Assembly (NCBI GenBank): GCA_013239625.1
Contig: MU053645.1
Span: 248,001 to 312,000 of the forward strand
Source of the DNA: Lama guanicoe
Lineage: Eukaryota
Direction: 5' to 3'
Length of the DNA stretch: 64,000 bases
Every line of letters starts with the position of its first letter. Positions within the stretch are counted from its first letter, which is position 1. Made by a program: the position numbers and the translations under genes. This document shows, piece after piece, positions 1-12,405 of this stretch. The notes under the pieces are model-generated. The model saw only the letters and a list, made by a program, of their open reading frames with translations, searched no databases and had not been told where the DNA came from.

Positions 1-217
1 GTCCATGAAATTTCTTACCTCCATAAATAATTTTTGCACACACTGCCTATTCATCTTTCAGATCTCAGTGTAAGGAAAAGTTTCTCCAGGAAGAGTTTCT
101 CATTCTCCAACTTGATTTAGATTCCTTTGTTATTTGCCCACACAGAAGCATGTTATTTCCTTTCTGGTCATGAATACATCTATTTGTGTGATTATTTGAT
201 TGACATACATCTTTGCA

Positions 218-340
218 GATAGACTGTAAGCTTCTATGACCCAGAGACATGTCAATTCAGCTTATTATTGTACCCCCAGCATCTAGCAGAAGACCTGGCA
301 ACTGCATGGGTTTTGAATGAATATATGTTGAATGACTGAA
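218..340 (+). mobile_element. L2 LINE 3' end fragment
   Basis: TAGACTGTAAGCT...TGTACCCCCAGCATCTAGCA...CCTGGCA...TGTTGAATGA resembles the L2 3' terminus. Confidence 0.7.
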
Positions 341-578
341 GGAACTGAGCACTAATAAACATATCTAATGAGGAAATTGACATAATGTCAAGAGGAAAAA
401 TCTTGTAAGTAAAATATATATTAAAAGACAAATGTTGTATGCCGAAAAAAATAACAGTGGCCATTAAAGTTGTGCAGCGATATTTAATAGAATCTGAATT
501 CAGATTGTTGGAGAATAGAGGATTTAGTTAACTGGACATTTGGCAGAAAATAGGGTAAAACTGAAAATCTCTAAATTT

Positions 579-768
579 GAGGGCTCTCAAAGTGTGGTAT
601 CCAGACAAGCAGCATCAACATCACCTGTAAACTTGTTAAAAAGTGCAAATTTGTAGATTCACTCCCCAGACCAACTGGATCAATAACTCTGTGTGTGGGG
701 CCCAGCAATCTGTGTTTTATCAGGATCTCCACAAGATTTTGATGCATGCTAAAGTTTGAGAACTACTG
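579..768 (+). mobile_element. MER5A (hAT-Charlie DNA transposon MITE)
   Basis: CTCTCAAAGTGTGGT...CAGCATCAACATCACCTG...GGGGCCCAGCAATCTGTGTTTT...AAAGTTTGAGAACTACTG follows the MER5A consensus end to end. Confidence 0.88.
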
Positions 769-1652
769 TTTCAATTCAATCCCTTGTTGAAAACCTTTCT
801 GTAATGTCCACTGCCCTGTTTCCTAAAGTCCACATATAAAATGTAACAGACCCTTTCCTTGACTCTTGAAAATACTGAAAAGTCTCCGTCATTATTTTTA
901 AAAAATGCTACTCTTGACTTGGATTGGAAATCAAAATGTAAGCAAGTGTACACCAACCCCAGTTTGTGTTCAAAATACTCCTTTTTAAATAAAGGTATCC
1001 TTGACCAAAGCTCATTTTCTTGTGATTTGATTATGTCTCCTACACTGGGAGGCAGCAACAATTCTGGTGACTGTAGTGTGGGTTTCAGTTAGCCTCTAAA
1101 ATTTGTATCTCACTGATTTGCAATTCATGAAACTATAGGCACAAAGACTAATAAAAGGACAAATCAACTAACTATTTAGAAATAAGTTTCTAGGAATTAT
1201 TTTTAAACATAAGTACATATACTTAGCAAACATTTAAAATGCACTCATATGCTCATCCTAAATGATAATTAGAATCGATATTTATCCAGTCATTATTACC
1301 AAGTCCATCAGGTAGTCTCCTTAGCAATACCTTTAATATACAAGCAAATGTAGTAATTACATAAAGTTAAAAGCAGCAAAACTCTATTTAAAAAGAAATA
1401 TATTAGATATTTCCACTGTTGATTTGAGTCTTCTCCCATCCTACCCATAAGTCACTTACCAGGCACTTAAGTTATTTCCCCCTGTTTTATCATTCTCATT
1501 TCCAGGAATCAGAGCATACTATTTTTATTTGAACAATTGAATGCTTAAGTTTTCCTGTAGCTGCACAAAAGTGACACCTCAGTTTATGAAAGTGTATATC
1601 CTCAAGTGAAACTCTGTCTTACAGAATAAGATCAAGGTAACTAAATACACAC

Positions 1653-1778
1653 CCAAAGTTGGTGCCTCTGACCAGGGGGGCTCAGCTTGAAAAATGCACC
1701 ATAGAAGGAAACAATGTTTTTGTGGAAAGAGTACTTCTTTAAAAGGTTGAGTTCAGTCCTGAGATCCTCTTCTTCATC
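1653..1778 (-). CDS. NRK: NRK exon 5 (126 nt, DEEEDLRTELNLLKKYSFHKNIVSFYGAFFKLSPPGQRHQLW; alphaC to beta5)
   Basis: Acceptor CTTATTCTACAG|GAT, donor TGG|GTGTGT; contains the alphaC Glu93 and the HKNIV motif. Confidence 0.96.
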
Positions 1779-1849
1779 CTGTAGAATAAGAATAGAGAGC
1801 AAAGTTCCTAAGCTATGCCACTCAATGTCTATGGGACATTTCTAATAGA

Positions 1850-2392
1850 AAATCTTTACCCCTATTTTCAATTGGGTTGTCTTTTATTATTTAATCATAA
1901 GATATATTTATATAGTCTATATATAAGTACTTTATAAGGTATATGATTTGCAAATATTTTCTTCCATTCTGTGGGTTGTCACTTCATTTTCTTGATAGTG
2001 TCTTTTGAGGCACAAAATTTTTAACTTTGATGAAGTCCAATTTACCAATTGTTTTGTTGTTTGTATTTTTGGTGTCATATCTAAGGATCCATTGCTAAAA
2101 TCCAAGGTCATGAAGATGAATTCTGATGTTTTCTTCTAAAAATTTATAGTTTTAGCTCTTACATTTAGGCTTTTGATCCATTTTAAATTAATTTTCATTT
2201 AAAGTAGGGATCCAACTTCATTCTTTTACATGTGGATATCTAGTTGTCTCAGCATTATTTGTTGAAAAGACTAGTTTTTCCCCATGAATCATCTTTTCAT
2301 CCATATCAAAAACTGGTTGACCGTAGATGTATGGAAATAGGTCTATTTCATTGATCTATATTTCTAGCCTTATGCTTGTACCACACTGCCCT
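1850..2392 (-). mobile_element. Old L1 (L1M) ORF2 3'-region fragment
   Basis: TTTGCAAATATTTTCTTCCATTCTGTGGGTTG...TTTGATGAAGTCCAATTT is the reverse complement of L1 ORF2 sequence. Confidence 0.85.
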
Positions 2393-4869
2393 AATTAATT
2401 TGTGATTAATTGCATTTTAAAGGTACTAGTTTGATTAGTGCTGATTTTTAAAAAAGATGCACTTAAAGTCATCTATGTTCCTAATTACTACAGTAGTTAA
2501 AAAAAAGTAATATACATATATACACACACACACGCAGAGAGAGAGAGATAGGCAAGTGGTCTACTCTCACTGAACATTTCTTTCCACCAATGGTAACATT
2601 TGAGTGTATATTCCTCTGACATTTTAATATGCTAATGCAGTAGCTAGAAATGACAGAAAAAAATGGGTGGTTTCTATTATATATATATATATATATATGG
2701 CATTTATTTTTTAATCTAAACAACTCATATTTTTCTCAGTATTCTGCAACTTGCATGTTTTACTCAATATCTAAATACCATCTTTCTATATAAATAAACG
2801 TAAATGCACTTCCTTTTTCTGGAAGCTTAGAATTGCACAGAATGGAGATACGGGTTTGCCACTTGGGGGACAGGTCAGGGCTAGAGGTATTGTTTTTGAG
2901 GATTATCTATATAGTGATAAAGTGAAGCCATCTTTTTGGATGGGATCACCAAAGTAGAATACATAATGTCAAGAGACATTTCTGGCAGAAAACAGTATGA
3001 TGTCATCAGACAAGAGCATCTACACTGAGCATTAGGACACCTGGGTTCTGGAACTGAGAGCCAAGAGCTAGAAATTTAATCAATCTTCCCTAGGTTCAAT
3101 TTATCCTCAGAAATCTAAGCTGGCAGCTATTACCTATCTCCATGGAATGTTAGTGGAAGCAAATGGGATAGTGTACTTAAAATTCTTTGAAATCCTTGGC
3201 AGAAGAATGCTGTAAATGCAAGGTATTAGAATACAGTATATTACTTGACTTACTCGTTTGAAATAGTGTTATCAGAACTACACTTCTCTCTCTATGTCTT
3301 ACCATAATCTACAAACATGTGCTGGAAACTTTTCACTTCCAGCATATTTGTTATAGCAGAGTGAATGAAATAGGAAGCAATTCTCTCTCCCTAAGATTCA
3401 GCTATGTCTCCTTGTACCTTGACAACCAAGTAGTTCCCATAATTCTTCTGTAACTATTATTAGCCCATCTAAAAAAAAGCTCTTCATTTCTTAATAAATT
3501 GAAAATCACTGTATTTTTTGTGTATACAGGTACAATACACTTAAGAGAAACATCTTAAAATATTAACTTTCAAAAAGGTAACTTACTTGGTGGGAATTTT
3601 CAATGAACCTATTATTGGTTTATTCATTTAGGTATCATAGCCCTGGCTTAAAGGAACTTACATACAGGGAAATAAGATTCACATGCATGAATGACATAGC
3701 TGTTGATGAACACAAGATAGTGCATAATGAAGTTGAGGGTGACATTAAATGAATCAGGAAGTGACCCTGCACTAGACAAATGGGTTCACCATCAGAGTCA
3801 TTTGAATTCCTACTAGCTCAAAATTTCATTTCATTGTAAATAAAAAGCTCTCCTATAGCATCTATAAAAGTTTAATTTATATAACCTTTTCAGGAATACT
3901 CTTATTGTACAAAGTGAAATTATTTGTAGTATGTAAAGAAAAGAAGATTTTTAAATTAAAGATATAGTTAGGCTCCAGTTCTGAAATCCAGTGAAAAAGG
4001 ATACCTTTGATTTCTTTTGGGCAATGAATTAGAATTGGGACAACTGGCATTAAAAGCAATTAAGGGGTGAACCTCTGTTAGAGGTTTAGTTCTCCCCAGC
4101 ATTTCCCTCAGTTACCTTGACTCGATGACCTTGGGGTAGGGGAAAGTATATATGTAGTATATTCTTTAGCATTTCCCTAGGATTTTCTAGTGGACTTATC
4201 CATAAACATTCAATTACTAGAAAATAAATCCTGAGAGAATCGTATGTCTTTGTGGGAGGGGATGGAGCACTATTTCGCCAGTTAGAAATCAATGACAGGT
4301 ACTCTTCGTATTTATTGTGTAATAAAGGACTGAACAAATAAAACAATCAACTTGTAGTATGAGAATTATATGGAAGTTCAGGATTCAGTTTCATCTCAGC
4401 CTCCCAGGGAAGCTTGGTTAATAAGTATCCTTTGAATTCCCTTAACCTGTCTTCCACAAAGCTAAAAGTTTATCCTTATGGCTTATCATGTAGGACTTTC
4501 ATTGGTATCATGTAGGACCCTTAAACTTTCTGCTTCCCTTATGATGTGGCTCTTCTTTGAAGTGGTAACAATATCTGCCATCATATAGAAAGAAACCTCA
4601 GGAACTAGCAATTCTGTATGTACAGGGGCACTCTCAGTTAACTAGCAAGGCACCAAGATTGTGCTGAGAGAAACAGGAACTCATAAAAAAAAGAAAGTAC
4701 AATAAATAATATAATGATGTGAGGGTAAGAAAGCAAAAAACAAGTTAAAAAGAAGCATGGATCAGATTGAGTCCTTTAACTTGTTTGGTAGTTTGATATC
4801 TCAAGGAGCTTCATTTTCTTTATGGGTTAGAAATCTCATGTCTCCAAGCAGGATCAAGAGAATGGCTGG

Positions 4870-5060
4870 GCTCTAGGCAGCTATGTGATTGCATTTAACC
4901 ATACTTTTAACCCTGTTGTAGGTAGGCCAAGCATTCTGAGCTATTTTACCTGTGAGAAATCTGAAGCCTAGAGAGGAAAGACAACTTTTCCAAGAACTTC
5001 TTGGCTATTTAGTGTTAGACTTGGAATTTGAACTCATGTTTGTAGACTTCCACATTATTA
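4870..5060 (-). mobile_element. MIR SINE fragment
   Basis: CTATTTTACCTGTGAGAAATCTGAAGCCTAGAGAGG matches the antisense MIR core. Confidence 0.55.
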
Positions 5061-6714
5061 CTATTTCCATAAACCCCTGAAATAAAGAGATGTGTGTGCA
5101 AGTCATAAACTTCTTATCCCAAAGGATTCAGGATGATTTAGAGATGTTAACTGGCTGATCAGCTAGCAGTTATTTTTCTTACTAAAATACATAATCAGAG
5201 AATTCAAAGTTCACAACTAGAAAAACTTTTAAGAGTGGGTTTTCCAAATAAATGTAAACTCCCCGAAAACCAATAAACCAAGATCAGATATGTTTGGAAA
5301 GCATTAGAATGTTTGCCATTCTCAATTAACAGGAAGCTGAGCTTGTGAGAAACACATAAGTACATTATATCCATCAGGCCAAGTGAGTAATTTAAAACTC
5401 TCACACATATCCCAGTAATATGATGCTACATCATTTTCTGGCTCAGGGCCAGTTGAGCCCAGAGTGGACTGAATATCCTGCGTTTTGTCAAGAAGAGGCA
5501 GCTCAAGGATGCCAAAACTTCCTTTGCAATTTCACCCAATTCTAAAATCAAAATATTTTTCCCTATAGAAAGAATACCAGAGAAGGTTTGGGGAAGAACT
5601 TTAAAAGGGTTTATTAACACAAATGTTTGATGAAACCAGAATTGGTCAAACAATTAAATTTTTCATACCTTACTTTTCACAGCTTCTTGATCTACCAAAG
5701 CATGTTATTAATCAGTACTACCTGTTTCATGCTTTGTCTCCTGAGACACACTGTAAACCAAACAGGAGCCTAGTACTTACTAAATGAATCATGGAATTGT
5801 TTATCAACACCTTCCTGATATAACCAGAAAGTTTTTCTGAATGTGATTGTTAATGGGAAAGGTTATTTCTAATGTGCTTGAGAGCATATTTATTAAGATA
5901 CAAAATATTTAAATACTAGCTAGTTAAGTGCAGGGGAGAAAATTAAGAAAAAATACATCAATTAATTACATTGATAAGAAGAGCAGGAATTTTACATGTA
6001 AGCCCACAGAATATTTTGATAGATCACCAACATCTAGATCATCAATATCTACTGAAAAAGGATTCCCTTTGACAGAAGTTATTCTAGAGCCAGCAAATTA
6101 CTGGAGTCATAAAGACTGCTTTGTAAGTCAGTTAAAAAGCTTCAAGTAGAAAGCATCTTCATGCTCCTTCATGTATTCAAGTACTGTGCCAGATGTCTGA
6201 ACACTTTTAGGCTGGGTAGCCTGTTGGTTTTCTATCTTCTCTTATTCTCACAATAAAAAAAAAGTAGTCTTCATTGGGCTCACACACAATGGCAATGCTT
6301 TTTAGAATCATAATGGGGGGAAAGCCAGTCAGTCCAGAATACCACGTAAAAGGTGTGAAAAGAACCTTGCCAAGGCCAATTTTAGGTAAAACTCACTCTT
6401 GTTCCCATCATGTCTTTTGTTGTTACTCAGCTAGAGGACTCTGTGCTCTGTGGGTTTACTCAATCCTTCACCTTCAGTCAACACTTACCTGTTCAGGGAA
6501 CCATTTATTAAGGCCCTGCTTTCTGACAGATGTCAGTGTTCAAATATGATGAATGAATCTATGTGAATATGTTAAAAGATATAAATACATTATCACCTTT
6601 AGGTAAGAACATTTTAGTTGCGGCTTTCTAAAGGTACAATACAAAGGGATTAGTTTAGAGTTGAAAATTAAAGGAAAGACTGACTAGGGACTAATGAAGA
6701 CTTTCTGTACTCAC

Positions 6715-6786
6715 GCTGTATCTCCACCCGACAGACTTTTGATATTTATTCACTCTCACTCGCCTTCCTATTTCAGGTAAAGGGGT
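6715..6786 (-). CDS. NRK: NRK exon 4 (72 nt, TPLPEIGRRVRVNKYQKSVGWRYS; NRK-specific insert)
   Basis: Acceptor CTAATAACATTTTGTTCTTGGCATTGCAG|ACC, donor AGC|GTGAGT; peptide visible within ORF 6691..6891. Confidence 0.95.
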
Positions 6787-8097
6787 CTGCAATGCCAAGA
6801 ACAAAATGTTATTAGACCCACTGGTACACTCTGAAAATGATTTATTCTTAACTACTTTGTGCTCTTTTAGTACTAAATGGAAGAATAACATATTATTCCT
6901 CTATCAATTTGCACTAAGTTTTAATAAAAAATCAGATTCTTATATATACAGAAACTTGGCACCAAATTCATAGTAACAGATTTAACTGCCATATTAATGG
7001 GAGATTACAATTCGATGTTAGTAAAGTGCTATTCCCCCTAACAAAACAAGGTAACTGGTACTATCTATGGACTGAACATGATTTTTAACTATTTCAACTT
7101 AGAGTATCTAAAACATAGATTAAATGTGGGTTAAGGTCTTTCAAGTTAAAAAAAGGAAGTAAGTATTTTAGACAGTCTCACTCAAAAAGTACTAGGCCGA
7201 TTATTTGGAAGTCATGGTTTGTAGGGTAAGATAAATCCACAAAACCTCAAAATCCATTGAAACACACGTTGGTTTGCAACATCTGACATTATTGGCAAAA
7301 CAAAAAGCATGCAACTCTTTAAATAGTTTCAGTAATTCACTTCCTGCACAAATTGGAAAAGAACAGTTTATGGCATTGACAATAATTCAGTGAATATGTA
7401 CACTTTTTCAAACGTAATATTTGAGAATTTTCCTTTAGGGTATAGTGAAGTGAAAATGTTTTGACCTTTGCTATGTTCATGCTAATATTATCCTGATAAA
7501 GTAAGGCACTCATGCTAAAGAAAGAAGACAGAAATCAGTACTTAGCAAATTCTATGATAATATGTTATGAATCATGACAACTTTATGAATGTTAGCAGAA
7601 ATAGTGCCAATTAAACTGTCTCTCTTGCTCATCTGTCAGAAAATACATGAAAAATATGCAGCTCTGACAAGTTCTTTCCTTCTACTTGTCATTGAGAATC
7701 CAATGGCCTCAATTCTCAAAGAGAACGGTTAGAGAGGGAAAAATATGATGAAACACAGAAGGATTAACACAATATTAGAGGAAATCTACTTTTTACTATC
7801 CCTGGAAACAGATAACCAACTAGTAATAGACAGGAATACATTTATTTTCTTCATTTTTACAGAATACTAAAATTTATAGCACTTTCTCTGTAAGTGAAAG
7901 TTTTTCATGTGTAAATATAATAAATTAATAATAAAAATATGCTGAGAAATAATATTAAATGATAAATATTAATAAATCCAGATTAAAATAATTATATGTT
8001 ATAATGATATAAAAATACTATATAATATTTTCTGAACTGTTTATCCCAAGACCATAGTCCACTAAGGGAACGGAATACATACAGGATATAATATTAC

Positions 8098-8154
8098 CTT
8101 ACGAGCATTCATCACTTTAACAGCTGTAAAGGCACCAGTCTTTTCATGGAGTCC
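8098..8154 (-). CDS. NRK: NRK exon 3 (57 nt, GLHEKTGAFTAVKVMNARK; catalytic Lys54 in AVK)
   Basis: Acceptor TTGTGTTTCAG|GGA, donor AAG|GTAATA; VAIK-type motif. Confidence 0.97.
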
Positions 8155-9001
8155 CTGAAACACAAGATAGCAATAAACATCAAATTCTGGCCAGACAATC
8201 CAGCAATCAAGAAGCAAACAAAGTAAAAATATTAAAATTAAATAAGGGTAAACATTGTAGCCTATGATGAAATATAAAATATTACATAGAGATGAACTAT
8301 AAGGTATTACATAGAGAATAGAAATATTAAATTATGAACACTTTAAAGAACCCCCAGCCATTTCACTCAAAAGATCAAGCAAGTTTATGCATTTTTGCTT
8401 TTTATGTCTGATATGAATAGTAGACACAATTGGCCATTTGAAGGCTCTGCTTTCTTAGTATCTTTAATTTAGCTTTACATGGACCAAAGCACACAGATGA
8501 AAAGTAAAAATTCCAGATTGGAGACGTAGGAAAAGGAAGTGTCCTACTGAACATTTTCCCAGCTGATTATGTAGTACCATGTAGACAAATCTTTCCGTTG
8601 GGCCCCTCTTCATATACTAAAAATGTTTTTTTCATAATGATCACACATAAGAGTGATACATAATTCAATGGCCTCTAAACCATTTAGCATGCCCTCAATC
8701 ATATGAATCAAAGGTATTTATGAATGAAAGAAGTTCTGAAAGATTCTTTCTTACTGAAAACACTGCGAGTTCTAAGAACTTAGTCTTATACAAAATGCGA
8801 GTACAAGTTATGGATTTATAATTTTCAAAAATTAACACAGAGGTTTGGAATCAGAGTTCTTATTTTGTGGCTGGTTCCTTTTAAAATATTTCAAGCTGTA
8901 GTCATAGAAGAAATATCAGTCTGGTATTAATATGAGTAAGGCTTGAATTTGAAACAAAATGCCTTTTCTGATAGTTTCTCCAGCAGATTTGATTCTTCAG
9001 C

Positions 9002-9442
9002 TGTACTGGGTTAGACAGTGTCTCACCAGAATTCAGGTTCACCCATAACCTTAGATTGCGACTTTGCTTGAAAAATAGGGTCTTTGCAGATGTAATCAAG
9101 TTAAATGAGGTCATATTGGATTATGGTGGCCAATGACTGGTATGTTTATAAGAAAAAGGGGAAGGATATTTGGACACAAAGACATGGACACACACATAAA
9201 GGGAAGATAGCCATATGAAGACAGAAAAAAATTGGAGTGATGAAGCTACAAGCCAAGGGATGCCAAGGATTGTTGACAACCACTGGAAGCTAGGAAAAGA
9301 GAAAGAAGGATTCTTCTATAGAGCCTTTAGAGGGAGAATGGATCTGCAGACTTCTAGCCTTGAGAACTGTGAGAAAATAAATTTTTGCTGTTTTAAGCCA
9401 CCTAATTTGTGGATTTGTTACTGCAATTGTAGTAAACTAACA
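9002..9442 (+). mobile_element. MLT1 (MaLR, MLT1B/C-like) solo LTR
   Basis: TG...CA ends; AATAGGGTCTTTGCAGATGTAATCAAGTTAAATGAGGTCATATTGGATT and GAACTGTGAGAAAATAAATTTTTGCTGTTTTAAGCCACC are MLT1 hallmarks. Confidence 0.88.
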
Positions 9443-10115
9443 TGGGGCAAAACAACGGACTGTCACTAGTCACAGATCTCATGTGAAAGATAGTAGTACT
9501 TTTTAGCTTACAGAATGATCAAATAAGGGGTGCTGTTTCTGTATAATATTTTTAATATCTTGAGTAACCTGTCAAGTGAATAACTATGCAAAAGATCGAG
9601 ATCCCTCAATTTCAGGACAGTAATCCTTAAATATATTGTCTGTTTGATGTGAAATCTCTTTTAGAAAGCGTTCACTTTGAAGTATATGAATATTGTTTTT
9701 AGATGATTCCTACAAGTTTTTTCACCAAAATACAGCCAGCTGATCAAAGAAACTCAAAAAGAACACCATTCTACCACTACCACCAGTGTTACATGCTACA
9801 TATGAGTGCCAAAATTTCTTCATTTTACCCCACTGATAAGATTGAAAGGATTTAATCCCATACATTTAAGACTACTTCAATCCTATTGAGTAAGCCATGG
9901 TTTGTAAATGAGGCCATGTGCCAGAAATGGATTGAAAGACTTTCCAGGACATAAAGTAAATCTAGAAATACTGGCACTTTGACTTAACTCCAGTTCTTGC
10001 CAAAGAACTAAGCATTAAACAATTATACCGATTAGATAGCTATAGCGCTGATGGGAAGTGGCATGGATTGCTGGTTTGGGTTTATGGCATCAGGCCTGTG
10101 AGAGTTGGGTCAAGG

Positions 10116-10569
10116 TGTTTTGTGTTCAGTTGTGTCCTCCAAAAATACATGCTGGGGTTCTAACCACTGGAACATGGGAATGTGATCTTTTCTAGAAATA
10201 GGGTCTTTGTAGATGTAATCAAGTTAAGATAAAGTCATACTGGATTAGGGAGGGCCCTAACGCCAATAACTAGTGACCTTATGGGAAGAGAAAAATTTGG
10301 ACACAGACATCCAGGGAGAATGCCATGTGATGATGGAGGCAGAGATTGGATAGGTGTGTCTACAAGTCAAGGAAAAACAAGGATTGCTTGCCATCACCCA
10401 AAGCTAGAAGATGCAAAGAAGGCTTACTTCCTAGAGCCTTCTGAGGGAGAATGGCCCTATATACACTTCGATTTGGGAATCCCAGCTTCCAGAATTGTGA
10501 GGGAATACATTTCCTTTAAGCCATCCAGTTTGTGGTAACCTGTTACAGCAGACCTAGTAAACTAGTACA
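10116..10569 (+). mobile_element. MLT1 (MLT1B/C-like) solo LTR with 5-bp TSD CAAGG
   Basis: Same MLT1 hallmarks; TG...CA ends flanked by CAAGG at 10111-10115 and 10570-10574. Confidence 0.9.
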
Positions 10570-10769
10570 CAAGGCTAGCAGGATAGAAACTAAGCAAGAG
10601 AAGGGGGCTGGACTTGGGACAGAAACTACTGATCAAGGTACAAGGAAATGTCTTGAATCAGGTGAGCAATTGGGTGGAGCATGACAGCTACCAAAGACTA
10701 GAATTTTTAAAGGAAAGGAAAAAAGTTGTAGGTTATTGACTGATCAGAGAAAATTAGTTAATGTTTTAC

Positions 10770-11095
10770 ATATTGACCCCTTATCAGATAGATGATTGTA
10801 AGTATATTCTCCCTTCTGTAGGTTGCCTTCTCATTTTGTGGATGGTTTCTTTTGCTGTACAGAAGCTTTTCAGTTTGATGTAGTCCCATTTAATGATTTT
10901 GTTTTTGTTGTTTGCACTTTTGGTGTCATATTCAAAAATTCCTTTTCAAGATCATTGTCAAGAAGTCCCCCCTCCCTCATATTCTCTTCTAGTTTTACAG
11001 TTTCAGGTTATTAAAGTCTTTAATATGCATTTTGAGTTAATTTTTCTAAGTGATGTAAGAGAAGTGTACAAATTCATTATTTTGCATGTGGATAT
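10770..11095 (-). mobile_element. L1M ORF2 fragment
   Basis: CCCCTTATCAGATA...GAAGCTTTTCAGTTTGATGTAGTCCCATTT is antisense L1 ORF2. Confidence 0.82.
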
Positions 11096-11819
11096 ATAAA
11101 TATATCAGAGACTTCCACATTTATTTATATCTCTGGGGAAAATATATATTAATATTTTTATTTATTTAGCCTTTATTATGACTTAAAAAGTATTGTTTTC
11201 CTAATTATTCATATAAACAGTTTCTAGTCAAGTTTTACTAATATATGTGTGCACAAATACAACATGTTGGAAACTGGTTCTCACACACCCTTTAAAGGAA
11301 TTAGAATGTTTCCCTCTTTGATTCTAAGAGGTTATTAGTGGGCCAAACCACTATCCTGTGCAACACAAATATTTGGCATGTTAGCAAATATGTTAGCCAT
11401 ATATTGCCTTATTTGACCGATGATTAGGAAGCCACAAAAATTTTAAGTGTAGAATACACAGCCATTATACTCATGGAACATATTAGTGAGATAACTGAAT
11501 TAAAAAGGTGTCACCAATGGCCATAGAACAGAGACAATTGACTTGGTTCTAATCTCATTATCTGGAACTTATTCTCTCATTTGAAAACTGCACACAATTA
11601 TTTTGTTGGATAAGGTATCCGAATGTGGGGTTTGGAAAACATGCTTACTGTGTCTATAGAGGAATTAAGCCTCAGATCTGGGAACCATGTATGGGGTTAA
11701 TATGCCTAAACATTATAAGCTTCCACAGAAGTCTGGAATATCCAGATGATAGATAAATGGAAAACTGTTGCCTGTTAATCTAGTATTTCAGAGAGTTCTT
11801 TCAGTATCTTGAGTTTTTA

Positions 11820-12405
11820 AATATTTTTATTTTTAAATAATATAGAGAACAGTTTCAAAGATAGTACAGAGTGTTCCTGTATATCCTTTACCCAGCTTCT
11901 TCTAATGTTAACATCTTACACTGCCAGTTGTCAAAACTAATAAATTATATTGGTATAGTACTCTATTCCACTGTAGGCTTTATTTGGATTTCCCCAATTT
12001 TTCCACTAATATCCTTTTTATAGGATCCAAACTGGGACCCTGCATTCCATTCAGCTGTCATGCTCCTTAGGCTCTTGCAATCTGTGACAGTTCCTCAATC
12101 TTTTCTGTTTTTCATGACCTTGACACTTTTCAGGAGTACTGGTTATGAATTTGGGTAGAATGTCCCTCACTTTGGGTTTATCTGATATTTTCTCATGATT
12201 ATACTGAGATCATGGGTTTTGGGAAAGAACCTCACAGAAATGAAGTGCCCATCTCATCACATTATTTCAGGGGTACGTGGTATGTATAATCATGACTGAT
12301 CATTGGTGTTGTTAACCTTGATCACTTGTTTAAAGTGATGTGTGCCAGATTTATTCACTGTATACTTACTATTTTCCCCTTCCATTCTCTATTCATTAGA
12401 CGTGA
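11820..12405 (-). mobile_element. Old L1M (L1MC-like) 3' UTR fragment
   Basis: AAGATAGTACAGAG...TTTACCCAGCTTCTTCTAATGTTAACATCTTACA...GTTAACCTTGATCACTTG resembles an antisense L1MC-type 3' end. Confidence 0.75.

Noticed and set aside
6691..6891. 66-aa ORF as an independent small protein
   Set aside because: Only 6715-6786 is coding (NRK exon 4); the rest is intron read-through.
9002..10569. Two co-oriented MLT1 LTRs as a single two-LTR provirus
   Set aside because: The second LTR has its own 5-bp TSD on both sides, the LTRs differ substantially, and the spacer shows no recognisable MaLR internal sequence.
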